This document shows, one piece after another, positions 27,737 to 36,757 of a stretch of 64,000 nucleotides of DNA; position 1 is the stretch's first letter, and each line of letters opens with the position of its first letter. The position numbers and the translations under genes are program-made. Below the pieces are notes generated by a model. It was not told the DNA's origin, did not search any database, and worked only from the letters and a program-made list of their open reading frames with translations. The stretch comes from Bacillota bacterium (lineage in GTDB: Bacteria; Bacillota_I; Bacilli_A; RF39; UBA660). The DNA is taken from positions 435,246 through 499,245 of the forward strand of contig SVAI01000001.1 in assembly GCA_015059495.1 (NCBI GenBank), read 5' to 3'.

Positions 27737-28402
27737 CTACTTTGCTCTCTTTTTAAATGCGTCCTTAGCAGCATTTTGTTCTGCTTCTTTTTTAGACTTA
27801 CCAGTACCCTTACCAAAAATCATGTCATCAATTCTAACTTCAACAACATAAGTCTTATCATGAGCAGGACCACTTTCACTAATAAGTACATATTCTAATG
27901 TCTTCTTATCAGTTTGAATACTTTCTTGTAAAGCACTCTTATAATCAGTTAAGAATACATCTCCCTTTTTAATATGAGGAATAACTACTTCACTAATATA
28001 TTTCTTAGCAACTTCAAATCCTTTTTCTAAATAAATAACACCTAGTATAGCTTCAAATATATCAGCAACAATAGTATCGTTAATATTATCTAATTGTCCA
28101 TGACCAACCCTAATAAAAGGAATAAATCCAACTTCTTTTGCATATGTAGCTAATGCTTCTTCACATACATATGAAGCTCTTTTCTTAGTCATAGAACCTT
28201 CACTAATAGTTTCATTATTAAATAAATAATCACTAACTATTAACTCTAAAACAGCATCACCTAAGTATTCTAATCTCTCATAATTATTGCAACTATGCTC
28301 GTTAGAATAACTACTATGAGTTAATGCTTCTAATAATAAATCTTTATTTTCTATTTCTATTTCATATTTTTTTAAGAAATCCATGATAATCACCTTATTC
28401 AT
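27737..28402 (-). CDS. rnc: ribonuclease III
   Basis: ERLEYLGDAVLELIVSDYLF catalytic signature plus a C-terminal dsRBD. Sits in the rnc-smc order. Confidence 0.9.
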   Translation of the reverse strand: MNKVIIMDFLKKYEIEIENKDLLLEALTHSSYSNEHSCNNYERLEYLGDAVLELIVSDYLFNNETISEGSMTKKRASYVCEEALATYAKEVGFIPFIRVGHGQLDNINDTIVADIFEAILGVIYLEKGFEVAKKYISEVVIPHIKKGDVFLTDYKSALQESIQTDKKTLEYVLISESGPAHDKTYVVEVRIDDMIFGKGTGKSKKEAEQNAAKDAFKKRAK

Positions 28403-28452
28403 TATAACAAATTATTTTACATTATTCAAAAAATATAGTAAAATTATTTAAG

Positions 28453-28668
28453 GTGATAGTTATAAAAAGAATATTTATATTTTTAATTAAACTTTATCAA
28501 GTAACACCACTTCATAGTCACTCAATGTGTAGATTTACTCCAACATGCAGTGAATATACAAAACAAGCTATTGAAAAATATGGTGTATTTAAAGGTTTAA
28601 GATTAGGAATTAAAAGAATATTAAGGTGTCATCCAAAAGGAAAATATGGATATGATCCAGTAAAGTAA
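28453..28668 (+). CDS. yidD: membrane protein insertion efficiency factor YidD
   Basis: YQ...SP...[10 protein letters not shown]...G...G..L...RILRCHP.G.YGYDPV motif pattern. Confidence 0.75.
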   Translation: MIVIKRIFIFLIKLYQVTPLHSHSMCRFTPTCSEYTKQAIEKYGVFKGLRLGIKRILRCHPKGKYGYDPVK

Positions 28669-28679
28669 AGGAGATTATT

Positions 28680-29549
28680 ATGAAAAGAATATTTAAAGGG
28701 TTATTTTTAATAGGATTAGTATTAATGCTATCTACAAGTTGTATTAAAAGAGATGATATGGAAAATATAGAGATTTATACTACTATATATCCAATTAATT
28801 ATATTATTGAAAGATTATATGGTAGTTATTCAACAATTAATAGTATCTATCCTACTGGTGTAGATATTGATAATTATGAATTTACTGATAAACAATTAAA
28901 TGATTTTGCTAATGGTACATTATTTATCTATAATGGTTTATCAAATGAAAAACAAGTTGCTAGAAAATTAATTAATATTAATAGAGAATTAAAAATAATT
29001 GATGTAGCATACGGTCTTAAAAATGAATATGGCGATGATGATTCATCAGAACTATGGTTAAGTCCAAATAACTACTTAATGTTAGCTACTACCCTAAAAA
29101 ATAATTTAATAGACTATATTGATAATAACTATATTAAAGATGAAATTGAAAAGAATTATAAAAAATTACAAGAAGAATTAAGTTTAATTGATGCAGAAAT
29201 GAGAACAATTGCTTCTTCTTCTGCACAAAAGAGTAAGAATACTATAATAGTTGCTCAAAACAGTTTAAAATACTTAGAAAACTATGGATTTAATGTTATA
29301 TCTCTAGAAGATTCTAAAAACTATACAAATCAATTAAAAGCAAACTTTGATAGTGAAACATATAAATATATATTCTCACTTGATGGTAAAACAAATGATA
29401 AAGTTGATGATTTAGTTAAAAATCATAAAGCACAAATCGTAACAGTTAATACAATGAAAGTATTAAGTGATGAAGAAGTTAAAAATAATGAAGATTATAT
29501 AAACATAACTAGAACATTTATTAAAAACCTATCAGATGTAGTATTATAA
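28680..29549 (+). CDS. lipoprotein, TroA/ZnuA-like substrate-binding fold with degenerate metal site
   Basis: Signal peptide with Cys (LSTSC). IYTTIYPINYII...IYPTGVDIDNYEFTDKQ...LFIYNG resembles metal-SBP cluster A-I strands but lacks the conserved His of the dpHeYEp motif. A terminator follows at about 29551-29578. Confidence 0.45.
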   Translation: MKRIFKGLFLIGLVLMLSTSCIKRDDMENIEIYTTIYPINYIIERLYGSYSTINSIYPTGVDIDNYEFTDKQLNDFANGTLFIYNGLSNEKQVARKLININRELKIIDVAYGLKNEYGDDDSSELWLSPNNYLMLATTLKNNLIDYIDNNYIKDEIEKNYKKLQEELSLIDAEMRTIASSSAQKSKNTIIVAQNSLKYLENYGFNVISLEDSKNYTNQLKANFDSETYKYIFSLDGKTNDKVDDLVKNHKAQIVTVNTMKVLSDEEVKNNEDYINITRTFIKNLSDVVL

Positions 29550-29609
29550 GAAGCTATTTTAAAAATAGCTTTTTTCTTTTATAAATTTATGTAAACAAAA
29601 ATAAAATGG

Positions 29610-29638
29610 TTGACTATAATCCCAATTTATTATAAAAT
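29610..29638 (+). promoter_or_regulatory. sigma-A-type promoter for tRNA-Ser
   Basis: TTGACT (29610-29615), 17 nt spacer, TAAAAT (29633-29638). About 20 nt upstream of the tRNA 5' end. Confidence 0.5.
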
Positions 29639-29657
29639 TAATTTGTACTTGGTTAAT

Positions 29658-29748
29658 GGAGCAGTACTCAAGTGGTCGAAGAGGTGCCCCTGCTAAGGGT
29701 ATAGGTCGGGAAACTGGCGCGAGAGTCCGAATCTCTCCTGCTCCGCCA
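29658..29748 (+). tRNA. tRNA-Ser (anticodon GCT)
   Basis: GGAGCAG...CTGCTCC acceptor stem with G discriminator and encoded CCA. Anticodon loop CTGCTAA. Long variable arm. 91 nt. Confidence 0.85.
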
Positions 29749-29763
29749 TTATTAAGTATATTA

Positions 29764-29791
29764 AAAGATCCTAAGGTTTTAGGATCTTTTT
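29764..29791. terminator. bidirectional rho-independent terminator
   Basis: agatcctaa-ggtt-ttaggatct hairpin plus T-run. The last codons and stop of the convergent 29771-30946 gene lie inside the hairpin. Confidence 0.6.
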
Positions 29792-30946
29792 TATTTGTTC
29801 TGAATCAACATTATCTAAAGAATTAATTTTAATATTCATATATGATGATACTTCATTAGGATAATTAGTTATCTCTATATCTTTAAAATGATACATTAAT
29901 CTTTCAAATAACCTAATAAAATCTGTAGTTTTAGCTTTACTAATATAATCTTGTTTATTAGCCTTTTTTAAATATTCTCTATAACATTCTTCATATCTTT
30001 CTGGAGATAATTTCTTTAAATCTTCAGTCCATTTACTTTCAAAATTATATTTAATTCTCTTATCCATCTTTTCATGAAAATCATAATCTAAAACATACAT
30101 AGATGGAATACTAATATTTTTAATACCTCTAGAATATAATAATCTAATAAATAATACTAAAGATATTAACTTAGTAGGTTCAATATCTTCTTTTAATTCT
30201 TCTTCTACGCCTTCATTAACTTTGTATTTAAGCCTATTCATTACTTTGAAATAGTCTTTATTATACTTTTTATTAGCTATATTAAATTTATCTTGTATTG
30301 AGCCAATTTGGCATGTTTTAACACCATTATTATCATATATATCATATCTAACTACAGGTAGACAATAATCATTTCTTCGATCACTTAAAATAAATCTCAT
30401 TTGATTATTATCTTCATCATAAAGATACGCTCTAGAATCATTTGCAAATAGTATTTGTCCTTCATAAAAAGAAGTACTCTCAATTACCTTATCATCAACA
30501 ATATCATCAAAAGTATTATCATCTAACATTTTAATATTTCTTTTTAAAAATAAATTAACATCTAAAAAATCATCAGGTGTCATTCTTAAGAATAAATAAT
30601 CATAAGCAAACCCTAGATTAGTCATATATACTACTACTCTATCATCTTTAGAAAACTTTTTAGCATAATCCAACATTAAACTAAAGAACTCTTTATAATT
30701 AGATATTTCAATAACAGGATATCTATAATCAACATGATCTATAGAATAAAAAGTTTTTACTTTAATTTCATTACTAATTTCATCATTATTTATTAACAAT
30801 TGTTTTAGATATAATCGTGCTTCTTTTTCTTTAAAGTCAAAAGCTACATTAGCATTATCAATATCATTATATAATAATTTATATAGTTTTTCCCTGACAA
30901 ATACGTCAGCAGCAGTATAAACATCATCCATATTATAAGTAGCCAT
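29771..30946 (-). CDS. hypothetical protein (391 aa, acidic, no recognisable domain)
   Basis: Long clean ORF flanked by tRNA genes on both sides. No motif recognised. Confidence 0.45.
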   Translation of the reverse strand: MATYNMDDVYTAADVFVREKLYKLLYNDIDNANVAFDFKEKEARLYLKQLLINNDEISNEIKVKTFYSIDHVDYRYPVIEISNYKEFFSLMLDYAKKFSKDDRVVVYMTNLGFAYDYLFLRMTPDDFLDVNLFLKRNIKMLDDNTFDDIVDDKVIESTSFYEGQILFANDSRAYLYDEDNNQMRFILSDRRNDYCLPVVRYDIYDNNGVKTCQIGSIQDKFNIANKKYNKDYFKVMNRLKYKVNEGVEEELKEDIEPTKLISLVLFIRLLYSRGIKNISIPSMYVLDYDFHEKMDKRIKYNFESKWTEDLKKLSPERYEECYREYLKKANKQDYISKAKTTDFIRLFERLMYHFKDIEITNYPNEVSSYMNIKINSLDNVDSEQIKKILKP

Positions 30947-31025
30947 ATTAATCCCCTTCTTTTTATTGGTTGTATATTATAAAACAAAAATAAAAAAAAG
31001 TCCATATTGGACTTTAATTTCTAAA

Positions 31026-31101
31026 TGGTGACCCGTGCGGGATTTGAACCCACGTATGTATGCGTGAAAGGCATATGTGTTAACCGCTTCACCAACGGGC
31101 C
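31026..31101 (-). tRNA. tRNA-Glu (anticodon TTC)
   Basis: Reverse complement GGCCCGTTGGTGAAGCGGTTAACACATATGCCTTTCACGCATACATACGTGGGTTCAAATCCCGCACGGGTCACCA is nearly identical in body to B. subtilis tRNA-Glu. Anticodon loop CTTTCAC. Confidence 0.85.
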
Positions 31102-31109
31102 ATAAAATC

Positions 31110-31186
<77 letters not shown>

Positions 31187-31205
31187 ATTTGTAATGGACT
31201 ATTAA

Positions 31206-31234
31206 ATTGTACTAAAAATTTCGCAATTTTGCAA
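31206..31234 (-). promoter_or_regulatory. sigma-A-type promoter for the tRNA-Ile/tRNA-Glu pair
   Basis: Minus strand TTGCAA, 17 nt spacer, TACAAT. About 20 nt upstream of the tRNA-Ile 5' end. Confidence 0.5.
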
Positions 31235-31291
31235 TAGTTTTTTATCATTTTTTTTAATTTTTTGATATAATCTATTTAAGGACGTGAAAAA

Positions 31292-31576
31292 ATGAAAATT
31301 AAAGTTAGCAAAAAAGATGTCGAAACCTTCGATAAATCGGACATTGGTAAGATTAAGAACCAGCATTTAAAGAGAGCTAAAATAATTGGTGTTATTTTAA
31401 TAATGTTTGGATTATTATACATTTTATTTAATATATATTATCAAGTAGATAAAATATATGAATATGTTACTGCTTCTATCTCCATCCTATTTGGAATATA
31501 TTTTATAATTAATAGTAATATATTAAAGAAAAAAGAAGTAAATAAATATATTTATAATAAAAAGTCTTCAAAGTAA
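31292..31576 (+). CDS. small two-TM membrane protein
   Basis: 94 aa. An extended -10 TGATATAAT lies upstream, then an AAGGA RBS. A terminator aagtctt-caaagt-aagacttttttt follows at about 31561-31590. Confidence 0.4.
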   Translation: MKIKVSKKDVETFDKSDIGKIKNQHLKRAKIIGVILIMFGLLYILFNIYYQVDKIYEYVTASISILFGIYFIINSNILKKKEVNKYIYNKKSSK

Positions 31577-31615
31577 GACTTTTTTTGATATAATTATTAT
31601 AGAAAGGAGTTTATT

Positions 31616-32386
31616 ATGGGATATATTATAGGTTTTATTATCTTTATTGTTCTTATATCTTTAAGACAAGTTAATCAATATGAAAGAGGTATTAAATTTA
31701 GATTAGGTAAATTTGTTAAAATAATGAATCCTGGTTTAAATATAGTATTACCTATTATTGAATCTTATAGAAAAGTAGATATAAGAACTAAAGTTATTGA
31801 TGTTCCTGAACAAGAAGCAATAACTAAAGATAATGTATCAATTAAAATTAATGCAGTATTATATTTCCATGTATTTGATGCATCTAAAGCTATTCTTGAA
31901 GTTGAAGACTTTATATATGCAGCAGAACAACTCGCACAAACTACAATGCGTAATGCAGTTGGTGCTACATCTTTAGATGAATTATTATCTGAAAGAGAAA
32001 AGATTTCTTCAAATATTTGTCAAGTAATTGATAAAGCAACAGATCCTTGGGGATTAAAAGTTGAAAATGTAGAATTAAAAGATATTTCACTTCCAGAAGA
32101 AATGAAGAGAGTTATTGCAAAAGTTGCTGAAGCTGAAAGAGAAAAAGATGCAGTTATTACTAAAGCTAAAGGTGAAGTTGAAGCATCTAATAACTTAGCT
32201 GAAGCTGCAAGAACTATGTCAGCTGCTCCTGGAGCACTACATTTAAGAACTCTAGCAACATTAAACGATTTATCTTCAGACCAATCAAATACAGTAATCT
32301 TTGCTATACCAATTGAAGTATTAAGAGCAATGGAAAGTATGGGTGCTGATAAATTAGTAAATAAAATAACAAAAAAATCTGAATAA
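31616..32386 (+). CDS. SPFH/band-7 (stomatin/slipin-like) membrane protein
   Basis: N-terminal TM then QYERGIKFRLGKFVKIMNPGLNIVLPIIESYRKVDIRT..., the classic stomatin-domain start, with a coiled-coil tail. A terminator aaatctgaa-taat-ttcagattt follows at about 32375-32402. Confidence 0.8.
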   Translation: MGYIIGFIIFIVLISLRQVNQYERGIKFRLGKFVKIMNPGLNIVLPIIESYRKVDIRTKVIDVPEQEAITKDNVSIKINAVLYFHVFDASKAILEVEDFIYAAEQLAQTTMRNAVGATSLDELLSEREKISSNICQVIDKATDPWGLKVENVELKDISLPEEMKRVIAKVAEAEREKDAVITKAKGEVEASNNLAEAARTMSAAPGALHLRTLATLNDLSSDQSNTVIFAIPIEVLRAMESMGADKLVNKITKKSE

Positions 32387-32398
32387 TTTCAGATTTTT

Positions 32399-34153
32399 TT
32401 AATACCATAAATTAGTAATTGCAACATTTGTTGATACAGGCATTGGATCAGGAAGATCAAATTGTACAACAAGTGGAATGCTAAATGAATTACCAAAACA
32501 TAAAGCCATACCTGGATGTAATAATTTCAACTTCTCTTTTAACTCTTCAGTAACACTAGTTGATAATGATGTAACTACTTCAATATCGTCTAAATAATAC
32601 ATTTTAAAGGCTATAAAGTTACCACATTGTGATAAAACAGTAGAAGATAACTCTGTAGGTCTTTGAGTAATAATACCTAAGAAAATACCATATTTTCTAC
32701 CCTCTTTAGTAATACGTTCAAATATATTATAACCTAATACTTTAACATCACTATCATCTTGTACATATCTATGAGCTTCTTCAATAATAATATGAATTGG
32801 GAATGTAGTTCTATCTTCTAAACTAACAGTAAATTGAAAGAATATTTTAGATAATATTTTAGTTAACATTTTAACTGTTCTATCATCTAAATTTCCAAAA
32901 TTAACACCAACAATTTGAGATTGTTTTTCTCCCTTTTTAAAGAATTCACGTACAAATTCATCTTTAGTAATTACTCTATCAAATTCAAATACTTTCTTTA
33001 AATCACTATTCATAATAGCTCTAAGTCTAACTTTTAAGCTATTTAATTTATCAAATAATACATTAGCAGATAATATACCTTCATTTATTAATGAGAACTC
33101 TAATGCATTATATAGATCATCTAATGTATATACAAAATCTCTTTGTATTTCTACATTATCTAAATCTTTATTAACAAATCCTGCTACAAAATCAACTACT
33201 AAATTAATAGCATTAATTTTACCTTGATTATCTATTAATAAACATTGTCTTAAAGTTCTATCATATCCTGGTTGAGATATTATAGTATCTAAATTTAAAT
33301 CAGGAGTATTAAACTTAGTTAATACAGCTATAATTTGATCTCTTATTTGAGTAGAACTCTTACCACTAGATAATATATCTAATAAAGATGATGCAATTAT
33401 AGAATTTTGATACTTTCTAGCATTAGAATCATCAGATTTAAAGATATATGTAATTCTAAGTGTATTAGCAATTGCAGGTATTAATGATGGATCAGAAACA
33501 TCTAAAAGAATTGCTAAATCATCTACATCTAAAAAATAAGCTGGAATCTTAACATTATCTGCAAAATCATTATCAAAATCACATTTTAAATTTTTAAAAC
33601 TTAAACTTGGATGATTATTCATTGGTGCAAATGCAGTTGAATAATCATTAAAAGCATCAAAAATAACAAAATGAGCATTTTTAGGTACAACTCTATCATT
33701 TAAGAAAAATAAATTTTGTAATAATCTAGCCATACCGCAAGATTTACCACTACCTGTATTACCTACTATAGCAAAATGAGATACAAAGAAATTATCTTCT
33801 TTAACAGTTACTTTAAAATTATCATATATTTCACTATTACCTATTAATAAATTTTCTCTCTTAGTATAATCTTGTCCACCTAATATAGTTTCTAATTCTT
33901 GTTTAGCAATAACTCTACAAGTAGAATTAGCATTAGGTTTCTTTATAATACCAGCAGTAAACACATTATTTTTAATCTCACCAATTAAATTAATATCTAT
34001 ATAATCTTCAGTAATATTCTTAACTACTCCAACGTATTTTACAACATCACCTAAAAATACAACATGAACATTAATTATACTAATTTCTGCCTTTTTAGAT
34101 GTATTCATTACTCTAATTGTATTTCCATCAATACCTAATATTTTTCCAAACAT
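32399..34153 (-). CDS. HerA-like (DUF87, FtsK/HerA superfamily) ATPase
   Basis: N-terminal HAS-barrel-like segment. Walker A GNTGSGKS. Characteristic HerA/DUF87 motif ITQRPTELSSTVLSQCGNFIAFKM. Monocistronic, bracketed by terminators. Confidence 0.75.
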   Translation of the reverse strand: MFGKILGIDGNTIRVMNTSKKAEISIINVHVVFLGDVVKYVGVVKNITEDYIDINLIGEIKNNVFTAGIIKKPNANSTCRVIAKQELETILGGQDYTKRENLLIGNSEIYDNFKVTVKEDNFFVSHFAIVGNTGSGKSCGMARLLQNLFFLNDRVVPKNAHFVIFDAFNDYSTAFAPMNNHPSLSFKNLKCDFDNDFADNVKIPAYFLDVDDLAILLDVSDPSLIPAIANTLRITYIFKSDDSNARKYQNSIIASSLLDILSSGKSSTQIRDQIIAVLTKFNTPDLNLDTIISQPGYDRTLRQCLLIDNQGKINAINLVVDFVAGFVNKDLDNVEIQRDFVYTLDDLYNALEFSLINEGILSANVLFDKLNSLKVRLRAIMNSDLKKVFEFDRVITKDEFVREFFKKGEKQSQIVGVNFGNLDDRTVKMLTKILSKIFFQFTVSLEDRTTFPIHIIIEEAHRYVQDDSDVKVLGYNIFERITKEGRKYGIFLGIITQRPTELSSTVLSQCGNFIAFKMYYLDDIEVVTSLSTSVTEELKEKLKLLHPGMALCFGNSFSIPLVVQFDLPDPMPVSTNVAITNLWY

Positions 34154-34199
34154 TTTACAATCACCCTACTATATATAATTTTATCAAAATAGATATTAA

Positions 34200-34228
34200 T
34201 TGTAAATCAAAATAAACTATGTTATAAT
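34200..34228 (+). promoter_or_regulatory. sigma-A-type promoter for tRNA-Glu(CTC)
   Basis: TTGTAA (34200-34205), 17 nt spacer, TG-extended TATAAT (34223-34228). Confidence 0.5.
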
Positions 34229-34245
34229 TAATTTGTTGTTTAAAT

Positions 34246-34322
34246 GGCCCGTTGGTGAAGCGGTCTAACACATTGCCCTCTCAAGGCAACATTCATGGGT
34301 TCAAATCCCATACGGGCTACCA
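34246..34322 (+). tRNA. tRNA-Glu (anticodon CTC)
   Basis: GGCCCGTTGGTGAAGCGGTCTAACACATTGCCCTCTCAAGGCAACATTCATGGGTTCAAATCCCATACGGGCTACCA. The body is near-identical to the Glu-UUC gene at 31026-31101 but the anticodon stem-loop reads TTGCC-CTCTCAA-GGCAA. A terminator aagactga-ataatta-ctcagtctttttttt follows. Confidence 0.7.
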
Positions 34323-34347
34323 ATAAAAAACAAAAAAGACTGAATAA

Positions 34348-35016
34348 TTACTCAGTCTTTTTTTCATGTACTAATTTTTTAGCTCTAGAAACTAGTTCAT
34401 AATTAAAACCCAAAAATACAGAAAATGGAATACTAGAAAAAAAATCACAACATAAATAATAATTAGTTATAATATCCTTACCACTAACTCTATTAATAAC
34501 CTTTAAATTAAATAATTTTTCATAATCTTGCTTTGGCATAACTATGTTATGACTCCAATCCACAATAAATAATCTTCCTTCATTTATAAATTGAGTAACG
34601 GGATGTAAATGCTGATAATCGTCAACTTGTACTGTGCCAAAAAGAACCATTCCAACACTTAATTTAGAAGCAAGTATTATTGATTTTTTATAACAATACC
34701 TAGTTCTTTCTTCAGACAATAATTCTTCCTTTTCTCTTTCACTTAAAAAATAAAAGAACTCACTAGCTAATTCAAATCTATAACAATTACCATCACTAGC
34801 TTTATACTTATACATATTATCTATCTCACTATATCTAATTCTTTTAAATCTAATAATTCTCTTTAATAAAGAAGAATTAATATCAATACTATTAGAAGTA
34901 AATATACTAATATCAGCTATAGCAGTACCATTGGATGCATTATCATCAGTATGTTTATTATAACTATTAAATAACATGTTATAAGTATTTAAATTAATAC
35001 CATTAACACTTTCCAT
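34348..35016 (-). CDS. hypothetical protein (222 aa)
   Basis: ORF only. Second gene of a two-gene unit with its own promoter and terminator. Confidence 0.4.
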   Translation of the reverse strand: MESVNGINLNTYNMLFNSYNKHTDDNASNGTAIADISIFTSNSIDINSSLLKRIIRFKRIRYSEIDNMYKYKASDGNCYRFELASEFFYFLSEREKEELLSEERTRYCYKKSIILASKLSVGMVLFGTVQVDDYQHLHPVTQFINEGRLFIVDWSHNIVMPKQDYEKLFNLKVINRVSGKDIITNYYLCCDFFSSIPFSVFLGFNYELVSRAKKLVHEKKTE

Positions 35017-35090
35017 AATAATACCTTCCTAAGTGATGCTTATTATAGCATGTTATATATTAAATATCAAATAACAAAAAAACTAGATGA

Positions 35091-35453
35091 TTATAACCAT
35101 CTAGCAATATATATATTTCTTGTTCTACCTTCTTCAAACTTTTCAAATATACCTAAGATACTATTTACTAAATTATTTAATAAATTTTCTCTATCAGTAA
35201 TTTTAACTTGAGTAAGTTCAAATTTCATAGTTTTTCTAAATACATAGTCATCTATATACTTAGCTAACACATTATCAAGTTCTACTACTTTCTTTAAGTC
35301 AGATTCATTTAATGGATCTACACTAAAAATAAATGTACGATAAATTTTAATTAAACTAGCAGTAAAATTGTCATCTTCAAAATAATCAAAATTAACTATT
35401 TTATAAAAATTAGGACAATTCTCAATAATTTGTTTACTTTTATCCATTTTCAT
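35091..35453 (-). CDS. hypothetical protein (120 aa)
   Basis: Preceded on the minus strand by TTTACA, 17 nt, TATAAT (plus coordinates 35480-35508) and an AAGGA RBS. Confidence 0.4.
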   Translation of the reverse strand: MKMDKSKQIIENCPNFYKIVNFDYFEDDNFTASLIKIYRTFIFSVDPLNESDLKKVVELDNVLAKYIDDYVFRKTMKFELTQVKITDRENLLNNLVNSILGIFEKFEEGRTRNIYIARWL

Positions 35454-35529
35454 CTATCCTTCTTAATATGTATAAATAAATTATAATATATTTACTAATT
35501 AATGTAAAGTATAAAAAATATTTATTGAC

Positions 35530-36756
35530 TTATTTAAATAGTCCCATAAAGTATTTTTTCTTACCTCTTCTTATAACTAATACCTTATTTTCAATAGCTT
35601 TATCTCTAGTAATAACTTCATTTTCATCCATATATTTATCACCATTAATACTAATAGATCCAGCACTAATAAATTCTCTAGCTTCTCTTCTAGATGAAGC
35701 AATATTATTATTAACTAATAAATCAATTAATGATAATTCTTCACTTAATTCAAAGTTAGGAACATCTTTAAAACCATCCTCAATTTCATCTAATGATAAT
35801 TCTTTAATATTACCACTAAATAATGCTTCAGATATTCTTAAAGCCTTATTATATTCTTCTTCACCATGTAAGAATGTAATAACTTCTTTAGCTAATGTTT
35901 TTTGAGCAAGTCTAAGTTCTGGTTGTTCTTTATGTTTAGCTTCAATATCTTCAATTTCTTCTTTAGTTAAGAATGTTAGTTTCTTTAAATAATCAATAAC
36001 ACAATTATCATCACTATTAATTAAATATTGAAATAATTCATAAGAAGATGTTTTATTCTTATCTAACCATAAAGCATTACCTTCAGTTTTACCAAATTTA
36101 ACCCCATTAGCATCTAATACTAGTGGCATAGTTAAACCAAATAACTCAACATCATCTTTTTTTCTAGCTAGTTCAATACCAGTAGTAATATTACCCCATT
36201 GATCTGAACCTGCTACTTCTAAAGTACATCCTTTTTCATGATATAGATGTAAAAAATCTAAACCTTGTAATATTGTATAAGCAAATTCACAGAATGTAAT
36301 ACCACTCTCTAAACGTCTAGCAATAATATCTTTATCTAACATATAATTAACATTAATATATTTACCATAATCTCTTAAGAAATCTATAGTATTAATATCT
36401 TTAATCCAATCATAATTATTAACTACTTCAAATCCAAATATTTCTTTAGCTTGTTTAGTTAAACCTTCAACATTATGTTGTACTTGTTCTCTTGTAATCA
36501 TTTGTCTTTCTACAGATGGTTTTGGATCCCCAATAAGACCTGTTGCACCACCAACTAGTAAAATTGGCTTATGACCATATTTAGCTAGTCTTGTAGCTAT
36601 TAAAAATGATGAGAAATGACCAATGTGCATTGAATCAGCAGTTGGGTCAGTTCCAATGTAAAATGTTAACTTTTCATTATTTAATTTATTCTTTAATTCT
36701 GGACTTGATATATCTTTAATAAGTCCTCTGTATTCTAAATCTTCAAAACAATTCAT
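35530..36756 (-). CDS. tyrS: tyrosine--tRNA ligase
   Basis: HIGH motif (MHIGHFSSF), KMSKS equivalent KFGKTEG, class-I Rossmann fold, C-terminal S4-like domain. Confidence 0.9.
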   Translation of the reverse strand: MNCFEDLEYRGLIKDISSPELKNKLNNEKLTFYIGTDPTADSMHIGHFSSFLIATRLAKYGHKPILLVGGATGLIGDPKPSVERQMITREQVQHNVEGLTKQAKEIFGFEVVNNYDWIKDINTIDFLRDYGKYINVNYMLDKDIIARRLESGITFCEFAYTILQGLDFLHLYHEKGCTLEVAGSDQWGNITTGIELARKKDDVELFGLTMPLVLDANGVKFGKTEGNALWLDKNKTSSYELFQYLINSDDNCVIDYLKKLTFLTKEEIEDIEAKHKEQPELRLAQKTLAKEVITFLHGEEEYNKALRISEALFSGNIKELSLDEIEDGFKDVPNFELSEELSLIDLLVNNNIASSRREAREFISAGSISINGDKYMDENEVITRDKAIENKVLVIRRGKKKYFMGLFK

Positions 36757-36757
36757 A

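Noticed and set aside
27541-27756. 71 aa plus-strand ORF overlapping the smc N-terminus
   Set aside because: Antisense to the SMC Walker A region, with no independent support.
35525-35905. 126 aa plus-strand ORF
   Set aside because: Antisense to the tyrS C-terminal S4 domain. Ser/Leu-rich low complexity.
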